Origin: Cyanophora paradoxa CCMP329
Taxonomy: Eukaryota; Plantae; Glaucophyta
Direction: 5' to 3'
Length of the DNA stretch: 64,000 bases
Assembly: GCA_004431415.1 (NCBI GenBank)
Contig: QPMI01000109.1
Span: forward strand, 62,001-126,000
This document shows positions 23,701 to 35,084 of the stretch, piece after piece (positions within the stretch are counted from its first letter, which is position 1; each line of letters opens with the position of its first letter). The translations under genes were made by a program, and so were the position numbers. The notes under the pieces are model-generated. The model worked only from the letters and a program-made list of their open reading frames with translations, did no database searches and had not been told where the DNA came from.

Positions 23701-26162
23701 GGAGACGAGGTTCTGCGCGTTCGCCGTGAACTGCGTCGAGTTCGTCGCCAGCACGCCCAGCAGCACGGCCAGCTGCTTGTCCTCGTCGAAGGCCGCGCGC
23801 GCCGAGCCGACCGCCTGCCGCTGGTTCGACGAGCGCAGCGACTCCTGCAGCTCCTTGTACGCCCGCTCGATCTGCGCCTTCTGGGCGCTGATGAGGATGT
23901 TCTGCGCCTCGAGCTGCGTGTAGGCGATCGTGAGGTTCGTGTACGTCGCGTTCAGCTTCGCGTTCGACACGCTCAGGTCCGCCAGCGCCTGCGCGGGGCC
24001 GCCGCCGCGCCGTCAGGTCGCCCTCGCGCTCGCGCTCGGGCCGCGCCGGCGGAGGGGGCGGGCCTGCTTCGCGATCTTCTCCTGCTTCTGCGCCTCGTTC
24101 TTCGAGTTCGTCGCGTCGATGGCTGCGCGGTCGAGGGTCAGCTCGCTTTCCTCTCCGCACAGAGTCGCTTGGACGAAAGAGCGTTCGAACGGACCGGCAA
24201 CAATCGCAGCGATGAGGGCTGAGAGCGAAGTCGCGATCAGCGAGCATCCGATCAGGCTTCCGAAGCTTGGACGCGCGGGGGCGGATGCGGACCGGCGATG
24301 ATGGCGACGACGGCGATGGTGGAGACTGTGATCAGCACGGCCTTCGTGAACTGCGGCGGCGCGGGGGCGCAGGCAATCAGGGGCGCCGGGAGGCCCCCCG
24401 GGGCGGGGCGGGGCGGGGCGGGGCGGGGCGGGCCTTGGCGCGCTTGGCGCTGGCGTTGATGAAGCGCTCCTGCTCCTCCGTGATCCGCACCGCCCGCCGG
24501 TTCGCCTCCTTGACCTGCGCGCGCCCCCGGCCCGGCGCTCAGTCGAGAACTAGGCGGCGGCCGCGGGGCGGCGGGGCGGGGGGGGGCGGGCGCACGCGCT
24601 CGCGCCAGTCGAGGGCCTCGCGCAGGTCCTTCCCCGTCAGCAGCTTCGAGGAGGCCTTGCTCCTGCGCCCCCGTCCCCCCACGGCCGCCCGCGTCAGCCG
24701 CCGCCGCCGCCGCCCGAGGCTCGATGGCGTGCGCCGGCGGCGGTCGCGCGCACGAGCCGGACTCGACCCCTGCGAGCGCGGAGAGTCAAAGCCGGGCCGG
24801 CTGCGCGTGGGGGGCGCAGCTGGAAGGGGGGCACGCACATTCCTTGGAGCGGACGAGGAGGCGCGTGTGGAGGCGGATCAGGTCGAGGTCCATCTGCCCG
24901 CGCAGAGTCAGACGGGGCCGGGTCCGCGGTAGGGCGGCCGGGCTTGCTTTGGCGGCGTTGTCGATCTTCTGGATGCCGTCCTGGAAGCTGTCCGTGAAGC
25001 GCATGTAGATCCTGCCGGCCGCGGGCGCCGGGGGGTGAGGGTGGCGCCCGGGGCCGGCTCGGGCAGCGAGGGCCGCGGGGCGGAGCGGGGCGGGGCGGGG
25101 CGGGGCACCAGTTGATGGAGGAGAGGGCTTCGGGGACGGCGGGGGCGTCCTGGTGGAGCACGGGGATCAGCTTCTTGTTCGCCTTCACCGCCAGCTCCAG
25201 CTCCGCCTGGCACTCCCCCGACGCCACCCAGTCTGCCCCGCCCCGCCCCGCCCCGCGTTAACGTTGAGCGCGGGGGAGCGAGGGCGCGGGTGGGGCTGGG
25301 GGGCCCCGGCCCGTACCCGGGCTGAGGATGAAGAGGACATTGTTCGCGCCCTCGATGCCCGCCGCGATCTCCGACCGCCTTTGGGGGGGGGGGGGGGGGG
25401 GGGGTTAGGGTGCGAGGCGAGGCTCTGGAGGCTCCGCGCGCGGCAGCGCACCAGTCTGCGAGGGAGCTCGGCGGTCAGTAATTATAACGGATCGGGCAAG
25501 CCGGGCCCGGCGCGGGTCATCGATGTACGGTGGCGCACCGGAGCTGGGTGGGATGTTCGACCTGGGTTCGGAGGGGCGCGAGGGGTCAGGGAATGAAGGG
25601 GCGGGGGTGTCTGGAGGGATGGGTCGAGCGGACCAATCAACCTGCGCGGGGCGCCGCAAGGTGAGGCTGGGAGGAGCAACTTAGGGGGCAGGGCGGGAGC
25701 CGAACCCAGATCTTGGAGCCGAGCCGCTCGAGCTCCTGGACGACGCGGATCGCGAAGTCCTTGTTCCGCCGCGAGTAGGAGACCATGCTGCGCGCCGCCG
25801 GCTCGGATCCGGCCGGGGGAATTCAAGCGGGACCGGCGGGGCCGCGCGCGCATGTCGTAGTGGTCGCGGATGCCGCGGCGGGCCTCGCCCTTGCGGCCGC
25901 CCGAGGCCGAGGGGTGCCCCTGCGGGTGGGGCAGCGGGCCCGGGTGCGGCTGCGGCTGTGGCTTGGAGGAGGTGTGCGCCACGTCGCCGCCCCCGAAGGG
26001 CCACAACATCGATATCGATGACGGGTGCGGCTGCACGCCGATCCCGAGCCGCGATCAGGTCGCGAGCGAGGCCCCGGCGGAGGTGGGAGGCCTGGGAGAG
26101 GTCGGGCGGGCCGGGGAGGGCACCTCGACCGGCGACAGGACCGCTTCCTGCCGCCCCGCCAT
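17723..26162 (-). CDS. TIR (TIR_2-like) - helical - TM - coiled-coil - divergent WD40 propeller - 2x EGF-like receptor-like protein
   Basis: TIR: YDIMVSYSRRNKDFAIRVVQELERLGSKIWVDWSNIPPSSDWRSEIAAGIEGANNVLFILSPDWVASGECQAELELAVKANKKLIPV. Then DLDLIRLHTRLLVRSKE..KLLTGKDLREALDW..TEEQERFINAS; TM AVLITVSTIAVVAIIAALIAAIVAA; WD-like strands AIAVHPSGPFVAVGTQSGVLRVYD, AVRAVAFS, WAPDGRLL; cap ACSLVSRDITGTE..PYAPC; EGF-like CKGRGAFDDATVKCACADPYSGIYC and CRNGGVPDPISGACSC..YSGTDC. Stop at 17723; start could be 26009, 26162 or 26241. Confidence 0.85.
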
Positions 26163-27018
26163 CGCGCCGACCGGCCCTGCGCCCGCCGGAGACCTGCGGC
26201 GGCCCACGGCCCGTTAGAGGCTCGGACCGTCCTTCAGACATTGATCCGCCCGGCGGTTTGTCAAGCGTTCGAATTCGGAAAACGTAAGCTTCGCGCCCGA
26301 TGTGCATGCACAGGCCATGGCCACATGCATACGCAGCTAGCGCTCTGGCGCTGGAGCCGGCGACGGCCCGCAGCCGGCGATGTGCATGTGCCGGCGCTGG
26401 AGCCCGCGACGGCCCGCAGGCCTAGGGAGATGTAGGTGTAGTTGTACATGTTAGACGCAGAGTATGCGCACGTACGCGTATACGTACGCGACGTCTAGTA
26501 GAGATGCGAACGGCCATGCCTAGTCCTATAGCTAGCATGACATGAAAAGCAGCGTGTCGCGCAATTGCAAGCTTAAAAAGCTTGAGACGGACACAGAGAA
26601 GGAACGCACTTGCCGAAGGCGATCGGAAGAGCAGACAGCCTCGCTCTCGTTCCTGCGGGCGCCCGAGTCCCGAGCTCGAGTCTCCCGACTCTGCCCGCCG
26701 GTGGAGCGCTGAAGGGCGCGCGGCCGGCACGCCGGCTGCTGCTGATGCCCGTTGGATCGAGCTGCGCCAGCCGCGGCTAACGCGAGATACGCGGTAGAGA
26801 GCCTCGAGGCCCTCGACTCTAACTCCCTCGAGCTCCGCGACATGAGCTATCGATCTGCAACAACAACGTACCCGGCAAACGGGGAATTTCGAAGATTTCC
26901 GGAAGACTACGGCCGGGTATACGTGATTTCGAAGCAATTCGAAGCAACTCTACGCTGCACGGTGCCTGCACCCCAAGCATCCATAGCTAGACAGCGCGGT
27001 GAGGCAACATCCGTTTCA

Positions 27019-29355
27019 ATGGGGTGAGCTCTCTAGATCCGGAACCTTCCAGCGCGCCCGTATGAACCCACAACGCAGGAACTGCTGCTGCTGCGCCACC
27101 GTCGCGGTGAGTGAGTGACGTGCATTCTAGCACATTCTAGGCGCCCGCGGGCCTCCCCGGGTCCGGAAGGGAAAACTCCGGCCCAGCAGCGCGTGCTGTG
27201 GCCGCCTGCTCTAAGAACTAGCTCCCGCTTGGCGACACCGGAATTCCTCCGCTGATCCGCCATGCACGTCCATTCCTCGGCGCTCGAAGCCCGCTCGGTC
27301 CCGCCCGCAGCCGCTTCGTTCCCGGCCAAGCTAGGCGGTGCTAGCTTTGCAAAAGTCTCAGAGATTTTTCCGGAAGCTAGCCTCAGGACAGCTGCCGTCC
27401 CGCTCAGCGCAGCCGGGCAGCTGCGCGACGCCACACTTTGATGTCGAGGACGGGCCGGTTTTCTCAGCTGTGCTGACGGGCGGGCGGCGCAGACGGCGCA
27501 GGAGGGCGTGATCGAGCGCTTCAGCAAGTATGACCGCCTCGCGCATCCCGGCCTCGTCTGGATCAACTGTTGCTGCTGCGAGACGGTGCGCCCCCGCGCC
27601 GGCAGCGGCCCGGCCGCGGCGCGGGCGCGGCTGACACCTGGGCGGGGGCAGCTGCACGTGCTGGACCTGAAGGTGCGGCAGCTGGAGGTGAAGGTGGAGA
27701 CGAAGACGAAGGACAACGTCTTCGTGAACATGAAGATTGTTGTCCAGTTCAAGGTCTCCGACACCTACAAGGTGCGCGAGACCCCGGGGGGGAGGACGTG
27801 GCGGAGGTGGCGGGCCCTGAGCGGCGCCCCGCGCAGGCCTTCTACACGCTGGCCCAGCCGGACGACCAGGCGCGGCGCCCCCGCGCGCTCCCCCCTAGGC
27901 GTCACCCTCACGTGATTCTTTGCTCAGATCCGCGCCCACGTCTGCGACGTCGTCCGCGGGCAGGTCCCCAAGACCACGCTGGACGGTGAGGCACTCCTCC
28001 GCACCTCTCCCCCGCGGGCGCCCGACGCCGGCCGGCGCAGGCGTCTTCGAGGTCAAGGACGAGATCGCGCGGGAGGTCAAGGAGGCACTCGCGAAGGTGC
28101 CGTACCCCCCTCCCCGCGCTATCGCGGCCCGCCCTGACAGATGGGTGCTCCGGCAGGTCATGTCCGAGGCGGGGTACATGATCCTGACCGTGCTCGTGAT
28201 CGACATCGGTGGGCGGGGCCCCGGGGGCGTGCCTGCCGCCGGCCCCCCGCGCTGCTCACGCCGGGCCCGCCCCGGCCGACCCCAGACCCCGACCCCGAGG
28301 TCAAGCGCTCCATGAACGCGATCAGTGCGCTCCCTTATCTGGCGTTCGGGCTCGGAAGGCCTGATCCGCCGGGGGGGTGCGCAGACGCGAACCAGCGGCT
28401 CCGCATCGCGGCGGTGGAGAAGGGGGAGGCGGACAAGGCCCGCTCCCGCCGCCGCCGTTCCCCGCCGCACCCCCGGCCCGGGCGTGACGCCGCGCCGCAG
28501 ATCCTGCAGGTCAAGTCCGCGGAGGCGGAGGCGGAGCGCAAGTACCTCGAGGGCGCCGGCGTCGCCCGCCAGCGCAAGGCCATCATGGACGGCCTCCGCG
28601 AGTCCGTCGCCGTGCGCCCCGCACCCCCCGGCGCCCCGCTCCCCGCGCGCCGGCGCCTGAACTGCAGGCAGGCCTTCACGGACTCGATCCCGGGGGCGGA
28701 CGCCAAGGCGGTCCTCGATATGATGGTTATTTTCCAGCACTTCGTGCGCGGCCCGTGCCCCCGCCCCGCCTGCACGCCTGTACCCGGCTTCCGCTGACCG
28801 CCCGCCGCACGCAGGACATGATGCGGGAGATGTGAGCGCCGGCCCGGCGCCCCTGGGCCGCCGCGCCGCTTCCCCCGCAGCTGACCGCCCCGCCCTCGCG
28901 CAGCGGCATCCACGGCAAGAGCTCCGCCGTCTTCGGTACCCCCCCCCCCCCCCCCCCCCCCAACTCTCCCCCTGCGGCCGGGGGCGGCTCTGAGGAGGCG
29001 GGCAGTGCCGTACGGGCCGGGGGCGGTGCACAGCATGGCGGACCAGATCCGCCAGGTTGGCAGCGGCCGCCGCCCCGCGCGGCAGAGCGCCTCGGTCCCT
29101 GCTGAGGCGCGGGGCGCAGGGGATCCTGGAGGGCAACTTCGGCAACGCGGCCGTCATGCGCGGCCCCGGCGGCCAGGCGAGAGCCGCCCCCGCCCCGCCC
29201 CGGCGAGGCGCGGCGGGGCGCGCTGACGGGCGGGGCGGGGCGGACAGGCGATGGGGGGCGGCTCGGCGCACGCAGGGCACGGGGGCCAAGGGGGGAACCC
29301 CTTCCACGGGACGGCGAGCATGTCCGGCGCCATCCTCCCCGGCCAGGCCATGTGA
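27019..29355 (+). CDS. HIR: SPFH/band-7 protein, hypersensitive-induced-response (HIR) type
   Basis: MGNCCCCATV (myristoylation/palmitoylation-type N-terminus), [96 protein letters not shown]..QIRQG. Confidence 0.92.
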
Positions 29356-30036
29356 GCGCCGAGCGCCAGCCTGCCCACCGGATCTCTAGTCGCGTAGGAC
29401 GCCGGCGCCCGGCGTGCAGTATACAGCCAGCTAGCCGTAGGCGCGGCCGCGATAGGGCACGGCCGACGAGACAGTTTAACATTCGTATTCGTATACTAGT
29501 ACTATGACTATCGATATCGAATTCGCGCGATCGAACGTACTACGCTGTTTAAAGCCGCCCGGCAAAGAAGGCCCGGAGCAGCTGCAGGGCCAGATCGAAT
29601 ATAGATCTAGATATCGATTAATGCAGGTTTAATGCAGATAGACATGCGCACATGTATACGTACGTATATACATTTGATCGGCCAGCGCTGGCATGCATAT
29701 GCACGTGGAATAGCGGCAGATATCATGATCATAGTATCGATAAATGCGAACATCGTTCTCGAGTTCACGGTTCGTTCAACGAAAGATAGACCGTCGGACT
29801 GAATATCAATGAGAAAGCGATGCCACAATGTGATAGAAGAAAATATAGTACGCTGCGGCCTACACACTATCTCTGGATCTGTACTGGATCGAACCTACAG
29901 CTAACATAATCTAAAATAGACCTACGCTGCCGTCAATAGATCTTTTCATCCACTTCCGTCCAGGCGGATGGGACTAGGAAAGAAGAAAGGGGCGGGATGG
30001 AAAGGCGACGGGGGCGCCGGCCATCGGGGCGCCCCC

Positions 30037-31894
30037 TCAGCGCCCCCCGGAGGCGGCGGGGGCGGAGCCGCCTTCTCCCGCCTCGCTCGCTCTCCTCCAC
30101 ATCCGCTCCAGCTGCGGGGAGTTAGGCCGGCGCGGCCAAGTCGCCGGCTCGCGCCAAAGGCGCACCTGATCGATGAGCGACACCGTCACCGCCGCCTGCG
30201 GGGGGCACGCGTCAGCGGGGCGGCGGCACGAGCACACGCGGGGGCCGCGTGCGCCTGGATCATGTACTGGCACATGCGGACGCGCCAGCCGGTGTAGAGC
30301 ACGCCGACGCCGTTGGTGCGCGCCGCCTGAGGGGGCCCCGGGCTCGGCGAGGCGAGGGGCGGGGCGCGGGAGGCGGTGCGGCCCGGAGGGACCTCGCGGA
30401 TGGCGCCGAAGACGGAGCGGACTTCGAGGGGCGCGTCGCAGCGCTGCGCCGCCGTCTTCACGAAGTCGAACGGCATCGTCGCCGCCGTGTTCACCAGCCT
30501 GCCCCGCCCCGCTCGAGGGGAGGGGGAGGGGAGACGCGGGGCGAAGCGGGCGGACCCGACGACGGCCCCGCAGGCGAGCAGGGAGGGCGGCGAAAGCTCC
30601 CCGTCCGGCCCCGAGGGCCTGCGGGGGTCCCGGCGGTCAGGAAAGGCCCCGCGCGGGACGGGCACCCCCGGCTGGGGGGCGCACAGGACGGCTCGGGACC
30701 ACTTCTTGACGCGGTCCTCGGCGACCAGGTACGAGATCCACGAGGCCTGCGGGGGGTACGCGGTTCAGCGAGGCGCCGCGGGGGGTACGTGGGTTGGGGG
30801 GGGGGGAGCGGGCGGGCCAGCTGGCGGGCGTGCACGACGTTGACCCCGCGGAAGAGCTCCTGCGGAGGCCGGGCGTCAGGCGGGGTTGAAGAGGGGCGCG
30901 GGGGCGGGCGGGGGCACCGTGACGGCGTGGCCGCGCTTGCTGTGGAACTCGAAGAAGCGCAGGACGGGGTGCGAGCCGCCGTTCCCCGTCATCACGAACA
31001 CCTGGGGAGGGGGGGGGGGAATGAGGTCTCGGGGGGTAGCGGGCTCGGGGTGGAGGGGGCGGGGCGCGACGAACCTTGAGGCGCTCGAGGGGGGTGATGA
31101 AGAAGGCCTCGAAGCTCGCCAGCGCGATCCCCGTCGCGATCTGGCGGGGGGTACACCAGTCAGGACCGGGGGGAGGCGGAGGAGGGGGGTACGCGTGCCT
31201 TCTCGAAGGAGAAGGCGCGGAGGCTCTCGGGCATGAACTGCGGGGGAAGCGGCGGGATTACGGGACGGGGAGCGGCGAGGCGGGGGGAAGGACCTTCGAG
31301 ACGAGCGTGGGGAGGGCGATCATGACGGGGTACCGGTACGCCTGCTTGCTGATCACGCGCGTCGCGTTCGGGACGAAGCCTGCGGGGCGGGTTCGGGCCC
31401 GCGCCGGGCGGACTGGGCTCGGGGGCGCGGGACGGGGCGGGCCCTTGTAGAAGCCCATGATGCCCTCGTCGCGGACGATCTTGCGGGCGATGGCGACCGC
31501 CGTGGGCGCAGTCGCCACGCCCCGCGCGTACTCGGCCAGGTGCCCCGACACGAACGCCTGGTGCTGCGCGCCGCGTGAGCGCCCCGGCGCATGCGCGGCC
31601 GAGCGCTTGGCGCCGGCTGGCGGGTGCACCTTGGTCTTTATGCAGTCCCACGGATGCTGCGCGGCGGGTGAGCGCCCCCTCGCCCGCGCGCGCGCTCGGG
31701 CGCCGGGGGCGCACCTCTATGATGAGGCCAAGCACCCCCCGCATGCTGCCCAGCATCGCCGCCTGCATCAGCACGCTCTTCTGCGCACGCGGTCCCGCCC
31801 TGCGTGAGTCGCCGCCGGCGCCGCCGCCGCGCTCCGGCGGCGAGCTCCCCGGGCGCCGCACCTTCTCCGCCCCAGGATCCACCGCCGCGCTCAT
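30037..31894 (-). CDS. Mitochondrial carrier (SLC25) family protein
   Basis: Three PxD/ExxK signatures (HPWDCIKTK, TPLERLK, MPFDFVKT), plus EGIMGFYKG, ELFRG and VLYTG. Confidence 0.88.
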
Positions 31895-32787
31895 GCTGCC
31901 GCCGCCTGGAAACGACAGCTGTCCGTATGCTCGGGCAAGTCCCGTCCGAAGGAACGCGATGCCTGCCCTAGGCTGCTGCCGCCGCGACCGCTTCGGGCCG
32001 TCTCGCCGCCGCGCGGACGAGGCGGCCGCTCTTTGTTGTGAGCGGCCAGGCGCGACAAAAGCTAGTCGCCTGCTCGAGGCGAAGCCGGCGAGGGGTTTTC
32101 GCGACTGCTCCTCGCCCTGCGCGCCGCCGGTCACAATGGCGGCCTGGGCGCCCGGCGTGGAGGCCAGCTCGGCATACTTGCCCTCACCTCGAAAATGCGC
32201 ATTAGTCGGCGCGGGCGCGGCGCCTCCAACCCCGCCGATCTGTCCGTAATTGCGTACCCAGGCGAGTGTGAGCGCCGAGCGGCGCGGCGCACTGAGCGCC
32301 GCACTAGTACTGCAGCTCAGCGGTTGTATGAGCGGCTGAGCGGGACCAGATCTAGATTATGCCTGCGCATGCCGCACTGAGCGGGCGACGAGTCCCTTCG
32401 GCGGCTTGCAGTCCCTTCTCTAACCTGCGATCGCTGTACATGTGGGCGCATGCGCAGCGCGCACGTGCACGTGCACGCGTACGTGGCCATGGCGGCGCGC
32501 TCGCTTCGGCCGCGTATACGTACGACGTAGTGATCGTATAAATTAAATTATTTATATAATTTTTCCTCTCCCCCGCGAGCTTTTCATTGCCCTTCTGCTC
32601 TAAGAATTCGATTGATCTATAGCTAACATCTCTGTGATAGCTTCCTTCAGCTTGTACTTTCCACGAGCCACTACAGCTTCTTGAGCTTACAGCTAAGCTT
32701 GAGCCTACAGCTATCGTTTCGAGGGGTGAAGGGCGGTCTTCGACTTGACTAGACCCTCGCCGAGGGGCGGCGGCTGGAGCTCGGGGG

Positions 32788-34630
32788 CTAGCCGACGACG
32801 ATCCTGCGGTACATGCGGGCGATGCACTTCTGGACGGCCCCGAAGAGGCGCTCCCCCGCCGGAGCCAGGCGCCGCAGCGCCTCCGTCTCCCCCATCACCT
32901 GCTCCGCCCTCCCTAGTCGGACGAAGCCGGGGCGGGGCGGGGGCGGGGCGGGGCGGACGCGGGCGACGGCGGCGAGGAAGGCGGCGACGTCCTCCTCGGA
33001 GAGGTCCAGCCGCTTGCACGGCTCCCCCACCTGCCCCCCCTCAGCCGCCGCCGCGCGGGGGCCAGGGGCGAGGCGGCGGGCGGGCGGGCGGCGCCTTGTC
33101 GGCGAGGTCGACGAAAAAGTTGCGGTGGGCCTTGGCCCGCGAGACGTCCGCCCCCAGCGCCAGCACCCCCTTCACCAGCGCCCCGAACTGCACGCCGGGG
33201 CGCGAGCCGGCCCCGCGTCGGGCCGCCGCCGGCGTGGCCGCTGGGCTCGAGCCGCGCACCTTCTTGTCGATCTTGGCGAGGCGGTCGGGGGCCACGGTGC
33301 CTGCGCGGGGCTCGACGGGGCGGGGCGCGGGGGCGGGGCGGGGGCGGGGTGCGGGGCCGGGGCGCGCCCAGAGCCTGCAGGGTGCCGACGGTGGCGGGCC
33401 GGAGGACGCCCTCCAGGAGCCGCGCGTCGCCCCCGAGCACGCCCTTCAGGTCGATCACCCCCGCCAAGAACGCCGGGTCGAACCCCAGCCCCCCCGCCGT
33501 CCACTGCCCCCCCCCGTGAGCCGGCGAGCGAGTTAGGCGGGAGCTGGGGGTACGGGGCTCGCCTGCGCCATCAGGGTACCCGCCATGCTGTCCAGGTCGC
33601 TGTACGACAGGAACGAGACCTGCAGGGGTACCGCGCGTTCGCAGGGGGGCGCGATCTGTGGAGGGGTACGTAGCACGCGCCCTGTACGCCTTCTTTTTCG
33701 TCGTGTGGTAGCGGTGGTGGCTGAGGAAGATCGCATGCGCGTACTTGCTGCGCGGTACTCCGTCGGAATTAGCTCGTGGGGGAAAGTGGGGAGGGGGGGG
33801 GGGGGGGGGGGGGGTCGCAGGGCGTGATCATGGGTATGGGCACCTGGCGAGGTCCCGGGAGAGGCAGAAGTCGCGCTCTATGACGTCCAGGGGCGTGCTC
33901 TGCGGACGGCTCGGGGGGTACTCCACGAAGCGGGAGGGGTACGCCGCACGCTGGCGTCTTTGATGTCCTTCACGTGCTTCATGACGCGCTTCATGTTCTC
34001 GAACTGCGGCGGTGTGAGGCGCCGGCATGCAGGCGAGGGGCGCGGCGGGAAGGCGTGCGCGCCTGCCGCTTGCACGAGTCGATGTGTATGCGCGCCTTGG
34101 TGGAGATGTTGTCCAGCTCCTTCCGCAGCTTGCTGCAGGGCGCGGGCGGGTTGGAACCGGGGGAGGCGGAGCGGGCGCCCGGCGGCGGCGCGCCTGCCGA
34201 GCTTCTTGCCGAGGAACTCGCGGACGACGCTCTCGTCGAACTCGTAGTAGCGCTCGATGATCGTCTGCTGCACGGGCTCGGCGAGCGTGATGACGCGCTG
34301 GTCCGCGAGCAGCTGCGGGTGCGTGAGGAACTCCTCCAGGATGCGGAAGACGTGGAATTGGTCCCGCGTCTCTTGCGCGAACATCCGATCGAGCGCCGCG
34401 CTGTCCCCGAACTGAGTAATCGACGGGTCCTCCACCAGCGCCGCGCGGAGGCGACTGACAGCTGCCTCCTCCACTGCACGTACGCGGCACGCGTGTCATA
34501 GGCGCGCCCAGGCGATCTCGCCTGGCAGAACAGCGCACGCACCGCTGCGTCCCTCAAGCCAGAGCCGGAAGGCGACGGGGTCGAGGAGCGGCGGGTCGCA
34601 CGCGATGAGGCTGAAGGACTCTTCCATCAT
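32788..34630 (-). CDS. FIBP: FIBP (acidic FGF intracellular-binding protein) homolog
   Basis: [78 protein letters not shown]. Confidence 0.85.
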
Positions 34631-35084
34631 TCTTCCTGTCGTCGACGCAGATTGCAGGCGGCCTGCAGAGCTGCGCGTGATGCGCAAGCTAGCCTGGTCC
34701 CAAACAGCGCGCTGGCTCCTCAGCTACACGCTGGCTGTATCCTGAGCAGCATCACGCCGCTGTCGCGCTGGTTCTGCTGGGCCTGCTGCCTCCGGCCTGC
34801 CGCCGGCTGCGAAGAAGGGTACAAGGGTAGGGAGTCAACCCGCTCGAGCTCGTTCGAGGTGCGAACCCGCTGAGTCGAGCGCTAGCGGAGGAAGAAACAT
34901 TCGAGCGCGTGGCGGCTCGCTGCAGCTCAACCGCGGCGAGGAGACAAGCGGGTCACGCAGCGCCTACCGGGCGCTTCTGCCCGAAGCGGGCGCGGCTGCA
35001 CGCTCGCAGCGCGTGAAGGTGGAGCCGTTCGAGCCAAGGAGCCCACGTGCTTCGCCGCCGAGCGCTGCGCGAAGCGCGAGAGCC

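Noticed and set aside
17723-26162. Bacterial contamination as the source of the TIR-WD40 gene
   Set aside because: It has dozens of spliceosomal introns in the host style and lies between eukaryotic genes.
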